From an uncultured Propionibacteriaceae bacterium (GTDB lineage: Bacteria > Actinomycetota > Actinomycetes > Propionibacteriales > Propionibacteriaceae), in the NCBI GenBank assembly GCA_964448385.1, contig CAYUWV010000002.1:1-38600 (forward strand): a stretch of 38,600 bases of DNA, in the 5' to 3' direction. The notes beneath the pieces are model-generated. The model had not been told where the DNA came from. It saw only the letters and a program-made list of their open reading frames with translations, and did not search any database. A program made the translations under genes and the position numbers. Positions 1 to 8,844 of the stretch are shown here, piece by piece (within the stretch, counting starts at the first letter, position 1; each line of letters begins with the position of its first letter).

Positions 1-410
1 CATCGGCCGTCTCGACCGTTCCGGAATGCCGCGAGTACCTGGTGGCACGTCAGCGGGCAATCATCGAGGCGGCCCCGAACGGGATCGTTGCCGAGGGCCG
101 GGACATCACCACGGTGGTGGCCCCCGACGCCGACGTCCGGCTGCTGCTGACCGCCGATCCGGAGATCCGGATGGCCCGCCGCAAGATCGATCTGGGTGGG
201 GACGTGGACGCCCAGGCGCTCCGCGATCAGGTGCTCCGGCGCGACGCCGACGACTCCTTGCTGGTCAACTTCACCGAGGCGGCCGACGGGGTCACTCAGC
301 TGGACTGCACCTACCTGACCCTGCCGGAGACCATCGACGCCGTGCTCGACCTGGTCGCCCGGACCACGGGACGCCGGGTGGCGCCGCCGCTGACCGAGGC
401 CGGACTGTGA
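1..410 (+). CDS. cmk: Cytidylate kinase, C-terminal part (5' end outside window)
   Basis: Motifs [33 protein letters not shown] and LDCT-LTL are typical of Cmk. The TGA overlaps the der start (GTGA), the usual cmk-der synteny. Confidence 0.88.
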   Translation, partial: SAVSTVPECREYLVARQRAIIEAAPNGIVAEGRDITTVVAPDADVRLLLTADPEIRMARRKIDLGGDVDAQALRDQVLRRDADDSLLVNFTEAADGVTQLDCTYLTLPETIDAVLDLVARTTGRRVAPPLTEAGL

Positions 411-1732
411 GCGCCGAGGTCAAGCCAGTGGTGGCCGTCGTCGGGCGGCCCAACGTCGGTAAGTCGATGCTGGTGAACCGGATCATCGGGCGGCGCGAGG
501 CGGTCGTCCAGGACATCCCGGGGGTGACCCGGGACCGGGTGTCGTACGACGCCGCGTGGGGTGGCCGCGAGTTCGTGATCGTGGACACCGGAGGCTGGGC
601 GCCGGACGCCCAGGGGCTGGCCGCGCAGATCGCGGAGCAGGCCGAACTGGCGATCGCCGCCGCCGACGTCGTCCTGTTCGTGGTGGACGCCACCGTCGGC
701 ACCCAGGACTCCGACGAGGCCGTGGTCGAGGTGCTGCGGCGCAGCCGCAAACCGGTCGTCCTGGCCGCCAACAAGGTGGACGACGCCCGCGGTGAGGCGG
801 ACGCCGCCTCGATGTGGAACCTCGGCCTGGGCGAGCCGCACCCGGTGTCGGCGCTGCACGGGCGCGGCAGCGGTGACCTGCTGGACGCACTGCTGGGAGT
901 CCTGCCGGACGCGCCGCGGGAGTCGTTCGAGGAGGAGGGCGGTCTCCGGCGGGTGGCGATCGTCGGTCGTCCCAACGTCGGGAAGTCGTCGCTGCTCAAC
1001 CGGTTGGCCCGGCAGCAGCGCTCGGTGGTGGACAACGTGGCCGGCACCACCGTCGATCCGGTGGACGAGTTGGTGAACGTTGGCGGGGTGACCTACCGGT
1101 TCATCGACACCGCGGGCATCCGGCGCCGGGTCAAGGAGTCGTCCGGCCACGAGTACTACGCCTCGCTGCGCACCCAAAGTGCCATTGAGCGGGCCGAGGT
1201 GTGCGTGGTGGTGATCGACGCGTCCGAGACCATCGCCGATCAGGACCTGCGGATCCTGTCGATGGTGGAGGAAGCCGGCAAGGCGCTGGTGATCGCCTAC
1301 AACAAGTGGGACCTCACCGACGACGAGCGCCGGCACTACCTCAACCGGGAGATCGAGCAGGACATCCAGGCGTTCGCCTGGGCGCCGCATGTGAACATCT
1401 CGGCGCTCAGCGGACGGAACGTGGAGAAGCTGTCCAAGGCGATCGAGGAGTCTCTGGAAGGCTGGGAGACCCGGGTCTCGACCGGCAAGCTGAACGCCTT
1501 CCTGGGCCGGATCAGCGCAGCCCATCCGCACCCGGTGCGCGGTGGGAAGCAGCCGCGGATCCTGTTCGGAACCCAGGCCCAGAACTGCCCGCCGACCTTC
1601 GTCCTGTTCACCTCAGGAACGCTGGAACCGCAGTATCTACGGTTCGTTGAGCGGCGGTTGCGCGAGGACTTCGGGTTCCGGGGGAGCCCGGTTCGGGTCG
1701 AGGTCCGGGCCCGCGAGAAGCGCAAGAAGTAG
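407..1732 (+). CDS. der: Ribosome biogenesis GTPase Der (EngA)
   Basis: Two tandem G domains (GRPNVGKS...DTGG...NKVD and GRPNVGKS...DTAG...NKWD) plus a KH-like C-terminus ([20 protein letters not shown]). GTG start at 407. Confidence 0.97.
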   Translation: MSAEVKPVVAVVGRPNVGKSMLVNRIIGRREAVVQDIPGVTRDRVSYDAAWGGREFVIVDTGGWAPDAQGLAAQIAEQAELAIAAADVVLFVVDATVGTQDSDEAVVEVLRRSRKPVVLAANKVDDARGEADAASMWNLGLGEPHPVSALHGRGSGDLLDALLGVLPDAPRESFEEEGGLRRVAIVGRPNVGKSSLLNRLARQQRSVVDNVAGTTVDPVDELVNVGGVTYRFIDTAGIRRRVKESSGHEYYASLRTQSAIERAEVCVVVIDASETIADQDLRILSMVEEAGKALVIAYNKWDLTDDERRHYLNREIEQDIQAFAWAPHVNISALSGRNVEKLSKAIEESLEGWETRVSTGKLNAFLGRISAAHPHPVRGGKQPRILFGTQAQNCPPTFVLFTSGTLEPQYLRFVERRLREDFGFRGSPVRVEVRAREKRKK

Positions 1733-1742
1733 CCGCTGAGCC

Positions 1743-2954
1743 TCAGGTGGTCGGCGGCTGGCCTTGGCCCGCGGTCGGCCATTGATTGGTCGGGCCCGGG
1801 GCCCACGGCTGCGGGGACTGCGGCGGTTGCTGTGCCCACGGCTGCCCGGGCTGCTGGTTCCAAGGCTGCGGCGGTTGGGGTGTCGGCTGCCCCCACGCCT
1901 GCGGCTGCTGCGACTGCTGATTCCCCCAGGTCTGGCTGGGCTGACTGGTCTGCTGGCCCCACGGCTGCTGCGCCTGGCCTTTCCACGGCTGGCCGCCCAT
2001 CCCCCCGCCGAAGCCGGTCGGTTCGAAGGCGTCCTCCTTGCGCCGTACCTGGTCGAGGAACATCACGGTCACGTACGTGCTCATGAACGGCACGACGAGC
2101 ATTGTCACGACGAACTGGACGCCGATAACGATCAGGAGCACTGGTCCGAGCGCAAGCAGCCCCATCACCGGATCCCTCTCCATGGACCAGTTGCCGCCCC
2201 GGATCATCGACGAGGTCAGGGTGTTGGTCAGCAACGAGACCGGGAAGGTGATGGCCCAGCCCAGGAGTGTGGCCAGCAGGTAGAAGCCGAACGTGCGCCA
2301 AAAGGCGCCACGGATGAGATCCCAGGAGCGGCTTAGCGCGTCGAAGCCGGTGCGCTGTTCGATCGTCGCGGCGTTCAGCCAATAGATCAACTTCACGCCG
2401 ATCCAGAGGAGGCCGAAGAAGAACACCATCAGTAACAGGAAGGCGACCAGTCCGGACGTGAAGCCTCCGTTGCGTCCAGACGAGGCAGCTGTGGTGACCA
2501 ACCCGACCACCATGGCGACGAACCCGATATAGACGACGATCGCGATCGCGCCGATACCGAGCACGGCTGGCACCATTCGAGGCAGGAAGCCCCGTGTGGA
2601 CGTCAGCAGGCTCCGAATAGTGGGCGCGTACCCCTGGGCGGTCTCGTAGGCACCCTGCGAGAGCATCGCCTGGGACTTGAGTTGGATCAGCATCATCATC
2701 AACGCCAGCGCCAGACCCCCCAAGACCATGCCGGCGAGGGGACCCGGATCGGGGTTGCGACCGCGGCCGAGGCTGGCCATGTACATGCCGAACGGGACCA
2801 ACCCGAGCATGAACAACACAGTCGGTAGCAGAGTTGCCGCAGCGGAGATGCCGAGAAAGGTGCCGAAGCGACGCTTCAGGATTGCGAACGTGCCACTGAA
2901 GACGTCGCCGACCTCCAACGGACGCGAGGGGAGCAGGGGAGTGGGTGCTAACAC
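1743..2954 (-). CDS. Multi-pass membrane protein with Gln/Pro/Trp-rich C-terminal tail
   Basis: About 6 hydrophobic segments, an N-terminal RPL..GDVFSGTF motif and an ALSRSWDLIRGAFWR motif, as seen in actinobacterial membrane proteins. Low-complexity QPW tail. Confidence 0.75.
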   Translation of the reverse strand: MLAPTPLLPSRPLEVGDVFSGTFAILKRRFGTFLGISAAATLLPTVLFMLGLVPFGMYMASLGRGRNPDPGPLAGMVLGGLALALMMMLIQLKSQAMLSQGAYETAQGYAPTIRSLLTSTRGFLPRMVPAVLGIGAIAIVVYIGFVAMVVGLVTTAASSGRNGGFTSGLVAFLLLMVFFFGLLWIGVKLIYWLNAATIEQRTGFDALSRSWDLIRGAFWRTFGFYLLATLLGWAITFPVSLLTNTLTSSMIRGGNWSMERDPVMGLLALGPVLLIVIGVQFVVTMLVVPFMSTYVTVMFLDQVRRKEDAFEPTGFGGGMGGQPWKGQAQQPWGQQTSQPSQTWGNQQSQQPQAWGQPTPQPPQPWNQQPGQPWAQQPPQSPQPWAPGPTNQWPTAGQGQPPTT

Positions 2955-3074
2955 ACCCCCATGCTACGGGCGGCCCCGGTCAGTCCTGGAAGCCGCGGGC
3001 CAGCGAGCTTCGAGCGATGCAGGAGGCACGCCGGAAACCGTGTAAGGTAACGAGCCGGACGCGGGTCGTCCGGG

Positions 3075-3148
<74 letters not shown>

Positions 3149-3167
3149 CGGGATGTTTTGCCTTGTC

Positions 3168-3199
3168 AGAGGCTGGTTACGGAAGCGTAGCCAGCCTCT
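3168..3199 (+). terminator. Stem-loop downstream of tRNA-Pro (probable terminator)
   Basis: AGAGGCTGGTTAC-GGAAGC-GTAGCCAGCCTCT forms a 13 bp stem with one G-U pair. No U tract. Confidence 0.55.
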
Positions 3200-3589
3200 C
3201 GTGCACTCCACGTGCACTTAAGGTTCCACTCAGGTTGGCCCATTAGCGGGTTTCGGACACGGTCGTGTGCCTTTCGCTTGCTCCCTCCGAGTGCATTTGG
3301 CGTACTCCGGCGCTCTGGCGCGACAGGCGGCGCATCGCCGCTGGGCGGGGAGAGGGCTGCCAGGCACAACCGTCGGAGAGACGTGCAGCACCCCGTTGGC
3401 CGCCTCCAGGTCGCCTCGGGCAAGAGGCCGAATGCCCGTCGTTCAGACGCTCTGACTGTCGCCTGCGGAATGATGGGCTCGGGACGAAGATGCTCCGGCC
3501 CCCACGCCCTGCGATGCACTCCCTCAGCGCCGTCGAGTCCGCACAGGCACACCAAGGGTCTCGATGACAGGGCCTAGCCGAGGCGCCAC

Positions 3590-4071
3590 CCCGGCTCTCC
3601 AGCCCGACTTCGGCGCGGATGCGGGCGCGGTCTTCGATGGTGCTGGCGGCCTTGGCAGGTCGCCCGTTGGCCTTGTTCAGCGCTTCGAGCCGCCGGGCCA
3701 CCTCGACGCGGTAGAGGCTGATGTCGTTGGCGTAGACCTTGAACGGCTGGCCGAGCCGGATGGCGTCCAGCATGTCCTGCTCGGTGGCCTTCGGGTTGCC
3801 GGCCAGTGCGGCGGCACGCTGCACGGCCAGCGGGTGGTGGCCTGAGCCGAACAGGGACTGCATCTGCTCGGCGGTGACGATGTCGCCGACGTCCAGACCC
3901 TCAATGCCTTCCACGCCGGAACCGATCCAGCGTCCGGCGATCTCACCCGTCTCGGTGTAGTAGCTGGCCACGCCGGTGTGGCCACGTTCGGTGGAGTCCA
4001 TGGCGGCAACCTGCCGGGTCAGGTAGTCGTAGCCCGGACCCGGCCGTGATGCGGTGAAGCGACATCGTCAC
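3590..4071 (-). pseudogene. MobF/TrwC-family relaxase, N-terminal fragment (frameshifted and truncated)
   Basis: Reads VTMSLHRITAGSG, then after a +1 frameshift (about 4033) YDYLTRQVAAMDSTERGHTGVASYYTETGEIAGRWIGSG...MQSLFGSGHHP. Similarity stops near RARIRAEVGLE. No DLTFS or HUH motifs. Confidence 0.85.
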
Positions 4072-4200
4072 ACCTTCCCTAGGCTCAGCCGGGAGGCGAT
4101 CGGGACGCGTCAGCCCCGGGGAAGACTGGTACCGGCTCGTATTCGGGGGTTGCGAATAGCCCAGTCAGCTGGGCAGGGAGAAGCGGCGTGGGGTCCCTGG

Positions 4201-4494
4201 TCAGCGGGTGGCGCGTAGGCGTTCGATCTCGGCGATGAGCCGGGGGATGTCCTGGCGGGCGTGAGCGATGAAGTCGAGGTCGGCCGGCGGGGCGGGAACT
4301 GGTTTGGGGTTTTCGACCCAGTAGTAGTGAGTCACATACATGTCCGGGGAGCCGTCGTCGAGGCCGCCGGTGCGGATGAAGTTGTCCCCGGCGGAGTGGT
4401 CGCGGCCTTCGACAAAGCACTCCCAAGGCGCCTTGGTGGCGGCGCCCGCGCGTGCTGCGATCTCGGCGAGTTCGTCGTCGCTTAGCGGGTCCAT
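4201..4494 (-). CDS. Small phage/MGE-type hypothetical protein (Ead/Ea22-like motifs)
   Basis: 97 aa: LSDDELAEIAARAGAATKAPW...ADLDFIAHARQDIPRLIAEIERLR resembles the phage AT.GPW / FIAHAR.D(V/I)P.L..EVERLR signature. Confidence 0.7.
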   Translation of the reverse strand: MDPLSDDELAEIAARAGAATKAPWECFVEGRDHSAGDNFIRTGGLDDGSPDMYVTHYYWVENPKPVPAPPADLDFIAHARQDIPRLIAEIERLRATR

Positions 4495-4535
4495 GGCCTG
4501 ATTATCCGGGTTGGCGGGAGGTCTTGTGGGCGTTC

Positions 4536-5570
4536 CTACCGGTTGGTGCCGGCGAGCGGGGTGTGGTCTCCGGGGGCGTATCGCTGCCAGGTGTTGCCTG
4601 CTTCGGCGGCGATCTTCTCGGCGGTGGTGGTGTTGAAGCCGAGCAAGGGTGCGATGAGCGCTGGCGGGGCTTGGAGGACGAGTTCGCGGAGTGCTCGGCA
4701 GCGGCCGGGGGCGTTGGGGATGCCGAGGTGTTGGAGTCGTTGTCGGACGCCGTTGGGTTGGATGGCGAGTCCGGCGAGGCGGCCGGGGAACAGCCAGTCG
4801 CTGTCGGGGTTGGCGGCTGGTGCGACTTGTTGGGCGCGTTCGGCGAGGTGCGTGCGGAGCAGGTGCCAGGTGGCGTATCGGGTGAGGATGGCACGCTGGT
4901 CGCCGTTCTCGATGCTGGCCAGCCAGCCGGGTAGCCAGCGTTCGAACCGGTCGAGGTGGTGGTCGTAGTCGGGCAGGGTGCCGGCGGCGACGAGCAGTTT
5001 GCGGACGTAGGAGACGCAGGCGACGGGTTGGAGGGTGGTCAGCCCGTCGTGGGTGAGGGGTACCTGGCCGGTCGCGATGGCGTGCAGGACGGGTTTCACG
5101 TGGGGCTTGTTGAGCCACAGGATGCCGGTGCGGGGCCGGGGCATGGCGGCGAGCCGATCGGCCAGCGCGGTGAGCTCGGGCCGGATCCGGCCGGTCCCGT
5201 CGTCGAGGGCGTCGGCGAGGCGCTGGGTGAGTACGCAGCGTCCGCACACGCCGCGGAGTTCCATCCAGCCTTCGGCGCCGCAGCGGGTGCATGCCATGGC
5301 GGGCATGCCGGCGCAGTCGGTGCAGCACGGCTGGCCGGTGGGGTTTCGGCCGGGCAGCATGCGGTGGGTGTGACAGCCGGGGCAGGTCCCGAAGGTCTCC
5401 TGGGCGGTGGCGGCGCAGCCGGAACAGATCATGCCGTCGGGCCAGCGCCGGACCACGGTCAGGACCTTCCCGCGAGACGGTGTGGGCTCGCGGGTGGCCA
5501 GTCTCAGGGGCCGGTGGCAGCGGGCACACTCGAGGTTGCCGGGGTCGATGACACGGTGGGCGGGGCTCAC
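4536..5570 (-). CDS. Cys-rich (multiple CxxC) protein with degenerate recombinase-like C-terminus; third gene of the recombinase cassette, probably internally deleted
   Basis: GTG start overlaps the HTH gene stop. CxxC pairs: CARC, CSGC, CPGC, CTDC, CTRC, CGRC. C-terminal WLFPGR...LG...W.RY. Confidence 0.75.
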   Translation of the reverse strand: MSPAHRVIDPGNLECARCHRPLRLATREPTPSRGKVLTVVRRWPDGMICSGCAATAQETFGTCPGCHTHRMLPGRNPTGQPCCTDCAGMPAMACTRCGAEGWMELRGVCGRCVLTQRLADALDDGTGRIRPELTALADRLAAMPRPRTGILWLNKPHVKPVLHAIATGQVPLTHDGLTTLQPVACVSYVRKLLVAAGTLPDYDHHLDRFERWLPGWLASIENGDQRAILTRYATWHLLRTHLAERAQQVAPAANPDSDWLFPGRLAGLAIQPNGVRQRLQHLGIPNAPGRCRALRELVLQAPPALIAPLLGFNTTTAEKIAAEAGNTWQRYAPGDHTPLAGTNR

Positions 5571-5911
5571 CGCTGATCCGCGTCGGGGGCCACTTGGGCG
5601 CGGATCGGACGGACCCGGTCGCCGCGTGGCGGCGGGGTGGCGTTGACCGTTTCGCGGGTGGCGGCGTTCGCGGCCTCGACCCGGATCAGCTCGCCGGGTT
5701 CGGTGCCCAGGATGTCGCATAGCGCTGCCAGCACGGCCAGGTTCAGCCGTTCGGGGGGGCTGGTGACGAGCCGGTGGACCTGCGAGGTCGACAGCACCAC
5801 ACCGCGCTCGGCCAACGGCTCGATCAGGTCGGTGGTGGCGAACATGCCGGCCTCGGCCATCACCTGCCGCAGCCGCCACGTGTAGGAGACGATGCGTCGT
5901 TGTCGAGCCAT
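5567..5911 (-). CDS. Cro/C1-type (XRE) helix-turn-helix regulator
   Basis: WRLRQVMAEAGMFATTDLIEPLAERGVVLSTSQVHRLVT.PPERLNLAVLAALCDILG..PGELI. Translationally coupled to both neighbours. Confidence 0.88.
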   Translation of the reverse strand: MARQRRIVSYTWRLRQVMAEAGMFATTDLIEPLAERGVVLSTSQVHRLVTSPPERLNLAVLAALCDILGTEPGELIRVEAANAATRETVNATPPPRGDRVRPIRAQVAPDADQR

Positions 5912-7050
5912 CAGATACCTCCGGATCGGTCAGCGCCGACGGCTAGGTGGCCCTCGGTGGTGGGCTGGTTGAGGGCCTCGGCGATGAGGCTGTCCAGGGT
6001 TCGGCGCAGGGTCCGGGTGCGGTAGTCCGACGACACGCAGGTGTACAGCGAGGTGGTCGAGGCGTGTTCGTGGCCGACCTGTTCCTGCACGAACCGGGTA
6101 TCCCAGCCGTCCTCGATCAGATGGGTGACGTAGGAGCGGCGCAGCGAGTGGAAGTCCAGGATGGGGTCCAGCCCGATCGCGGCACGGGCCTCCCGCAGCA
6201 TGTTATCGACGCTGGGCGGGGTGATCCTTTCGGCGCGCTCCGAGGGCCACGCCGCCGGCCCGTCGCCGGCCAGGTAGGGCCGGATGTCGCCGAACCACTG
6301 CTGGAGCACCGGCACGATCCACGGCCACACGGTCAGCACGCTGCGCCGTTTCGGTGGGGAGCCGCGCTGGGCCTTGCCGTAGCGCACGTACAACACCCCG
6401 TAGCCACCGAACTCCGGCGCTGACGGATTGGATCCGAAGTCGACCGCGTCCAGCATCCTGGTCTCGTTGCGGCGCAGCCCGAACGCGTACGCGGTCTTCA
6501 ACAAAGTGGCGTCACGGAACGCCGGCAGCCAGCCCTTCCGGCCCACAGAGCGGCGTGCTTCGACCTGGTCATCGGCGTAGTCGAACAGGGCTTGCAGCTC
6601 TTCCCGGGTGAACGCCCGCTTCAGCGGGAAGGCCTCGTTGTCCGCGACGTGCGCAGCCGCGTTCACCTCGTTGATCACCTGGATCGGGTGCGTGCCGAAG
6701 CGGCGCTCGCACTCCTCGGCCCAGCCGTAGGCCGGGTCGGTGATGAACCGGCAGAACCCCCGAACAGCGACCTGGTAGGACCGCACCGTGCTGTTCGCAA
6801 TGTGGTGAACTCCGCGCAGATCGGCGAACCACTCATCGGACATCGCGCACGTCCACGACCACGGATACACATCGGCATGGGCCTGGAAAGCGCGCACGTG
6901 GCGCAGTGACGAGTCGATCGTTGAGGCAGCCAGATTCCTGGCCAGCATCTGGTTTCGCCAGCCCGCAAGCATGCCCTCGAACACCTGGCTCTCCGGATGC
7001 AACAACGGCACCCCAGCCGGCAGAACCAGCTGAATCGCCCCCGCCGACAT
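5911..7050 (-). CDS. Tyrosine recombinase/integrase (alternative starts up to 7104)
   Basis: Full catalytic set: GLRRNE (R), K, HSLRRSY (HxxR), VGHEH (H), TSLYT (Y). N-terminal SAM-like region. Confidence 0.93.
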   Translation of the reverse strand: MSAGAIQLVLPAGVPLLHPESQVFEGMLAGWRNQMLARNLAASTIDSSLRHVRAFQAHADVYPWSWTCAMSDEWFADLRGVHHIANSTVRSYQVAVRGFCRFITDPAYGWAEECERRFGTHPIQVINEVNAAAHVADNEAFPLKRAFTREELQALFDYADDQVEARRSVGRKGWLPAFRDATLLKTAYAFGLRRNETRMLDAVDFGSNPSAPEFGGYGVLYVRYGKAQRGSPPKRRSVLTVWPWIVPVLQQWFGDIRPYLAGDGPAAWPSERAERITPPSVDNMLREARAAIGLDPILDFHSLRRSYVTHLIEDGWDTRFVQEQVGHEHASTTSLYTCVSSDYRTRTLRRTLDSLIAEALNQPTTEGHLAVGADRSGGI

Positions 7051-7085
7051 GCCCTTGCCCGACACCACCACACCACCCCTACCCG

Positions 7086-7121
7086 ATCCCGTCAGACGGG
7101 ACAATATCCCATCAAACGCGA
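7086..7121. promoter_or_regulatory. Two tandem imperfect palindromic boxes flanking a candidate -10 (TATTGT on - strand) upstream of the recombinase
   Basis: ATCCCGTCAGACGGGA (7086-7101) and ATCCCATCAAACGCGA (7106-7121), 20 bp apart. A third copy lies at 7270-7285. Confidence 0.55.
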
Positions 7122-7262
7122 GGAGCTAGTGACGGCCGTAGCCACGAAGCCAGCGGCGGCCAGCCGCCCGGAACAGGCAACCCCGACGACACGCTTAACG
7201 CCACCAGACCTTCCGCACCTGACCAGCACGAACCCCACCAGCCCGTCGCTGATCACCAACGT

Positions 7263-7292
7263 TTGCGAGATCCCATCAGGCGGGATTCGCAA
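7263..7292. repeat. Long imperfect inverted repeat, candidate end of the recombinase cassette
   Basis: TTGCGAGATCCC-ATCAGGC-GGGATTCGCAA, which contains the third box copy. Confidence 0.5.
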
Positions 7293-7486
7293 TCCTAGTC
7301 CAGGCAATGCCGAGGGTGTGTGCCACATGAGGAAGGCCGTGACCATGGAGTCGGGCTCTTCAGGGGGACGTCGACTCAGTCGGGGAGTTACGGCGGTCGT
7401 GTCGGAACCGATAGGTGGGAGGGCCTATGAGCGCGACGACCGTGGGTCCGGTGAGTAGCAAGCGCGTGGCGGACCTGTGCGCTGGG

Positions 7487-8029
7487 TCACATCGCGGTTG
7501 TCAGTGGCGCGAAGCCAGCGACGTCCAGACCGGCTGCCCGATAGCGCGCCCAGACATCTGTGAGATCAGGTGAACGGTGGGCCCAGCCAGCCTTCGTGAC
7601 GAGACTGTCCTCCTCCTTGGAGACGACTACTGCCGAATGTGCTGCGCGCAGGAGATCGAGCAGACGCTCGACGGTCAGTCCTTCCGTCTCCTCGACGATC
7701 TTGGCGAGCAGTTCACGCTTGGGCACGATGTGCTCGATCACGATCTGTCCGGGCCGTCCTGACCTGGACGGCGAACCGTGCCAGATCTCGCGTGCCTGCG
7801 CGGACCAGGGGTAGGCGAAGGGGTACTTGCCGTTCACGAGGGGCCTGGGCAGCCGGGGCTGCTCCCACCGGAACCACAAGACCTCCTTGAGCGCTCTTCC
7901 ATGGACGGTCCCACCCATGAGATCCCGCACTTCGTGCAACGCCTGAATCACTCGGAGCAACTGCCCGGCGACCTCGACGTCGTCATCGCGGCGGACAAGC
8001 TGCCCGGGTTCAAGCCTGGACGTCACCAT
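7487..8029 (-). CDS. Hypothetical protein with HNH/His-Me-like EHIVP motif
   Basis: 180 aa with IVIEHIVPK...VVVSKEED...WARY. The ATG lies 7 nt after TAGTGT (leaderless-type). Confidence 0.6.
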   Translation of the reverse strand: MVTSRLEPGQLVRRDDDVEVAGQLLRVIQALHEVRDLMGGTVHGRALKEVLWFRWEQPRLPRPLVNGKYPFAYPWSAQAREIWHGSPSRSGRPGQIVIEHIVPKRELLAKIVEETEGLTVERLLDLLRAAHSAVVVSKEEDSLVTKAGWAHRSPDLTDVWARYRAAGLDVAGFAPLTTAM

Positions 8030-8036
8030 GCAGGTG

Positions 8037-8059
8037 ACACTAGCCGAGTCACTCTCGGC
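8037..8059 (-). promoter_or_regulatory. Candidate leaderless -10 (TAGTGT) with adjacent palindrome GCCGAG-N5-CTCGGC
   Basis: TAnnnT hexamer 7 nt before the ATG at 8029. The palindrome spans 8043-8059. Confidence 0.4.
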
Positions 8060-8076
8060 CTTGCGCTCGCGGAACC

Positions 8077-8844
8077 TCAGTAGGCTGACTGAGGCTTCGG
8101 GTGCGTCGGGGCGTAGCCCTCGCCGGCGAGCCAGGCTCGGGCTCTCCCTCGGTGGCGGTCATCGCTGAAGCCATACCAGCGGTCAAGGAGGTCGGGGGAC
8201 TCGGCCAAGACGTCCTTGAACCGGCGGAACGCTCCGCGGCCCCGGATCGCTCGCGCGAGGCGATCAGCGAGCCGGTCCTCCTCGAGGTTGTCGATAAAGA
8301 TCTCCATGTCGCGGTACCCGCCGCGAGAACCCTCACAGAAGACGTGGAGCCATCGCTCGTCGTCCTCGGCGTCTGGGTCTGCTTCCCCGACCTCCTCGGC
8401 GTATTCGATCGCAGCCTGCGGCCAGACCTCGCCGGTGTGGAGGTCGATTCGTCCGCCGCCGGTCAACGGGTCACCCTCCAGCAGGTCCGCCAGTTCCTCC
8501 AGGTCGACCGGAAGGCCCTTCAGCAGCGGCGTGGGTCCCCAGCCGAGCGCGGCCTCGATCTGGTCCACAAGCTCGGCGTCGCCCTCCCAGTCACGGTCCC
8601 GCAACGCCTCCACGCAGCGGCGGGCGGCCGTCCCGATATCGTCCGGGCGCTGACGAGCGACCTCCAGTACCGCATCGCCCAGCAATTGCAGCGCGTTCTC
8701 GGGCCACGCGGCATCGTTCAGCGCGACCTCCAGCGCGTCGGTTTCCGCTCGGTAGACAGCGGCGCGCAAGCCGTCCCGGTCAAGCCGAGGAGCAATGACG
8801 TCATTCTGCGCCGCATCGAGCGCCGACTTCAGACTCCCAGCCAT
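8077..8844 (-). CDS. UPF0158 family protein
   Basis: C-terminal GYRDMEIFI...LARAIRGRGAFRRFKDVL...RWYGF...ARAWLAGEGY signature. Confidence 0.82.
   Translation of the reverse strand: MAGSLKSALDAAQNDVIAPRLDRDGLRAAVYRAETDALEVALNDAAWPENALQLLGDAVLEVARQRPDDIGTAARRCVEALRDRDWEGDAELVDQIEAALGWGPTPLLKGLPVDLEELADLLEGDPLTGGGRIDLHTGEVWPQAAIEYAEEVGEADPDAEDDERWLHVFCEGSRGGYRDMEIFIDNLEEDRLADRLARAIRGRGAFRRFKDVLAESPDLLDRWYGFSDDRHRGRARAWLAGEGYAPTHPKPQSAY

Noticed and set aside
26-406. N-terminal extension of the 568 aa Der ORF
   Set aside because: It is an alternative frame of cmk. The real start is the GTG at 407.
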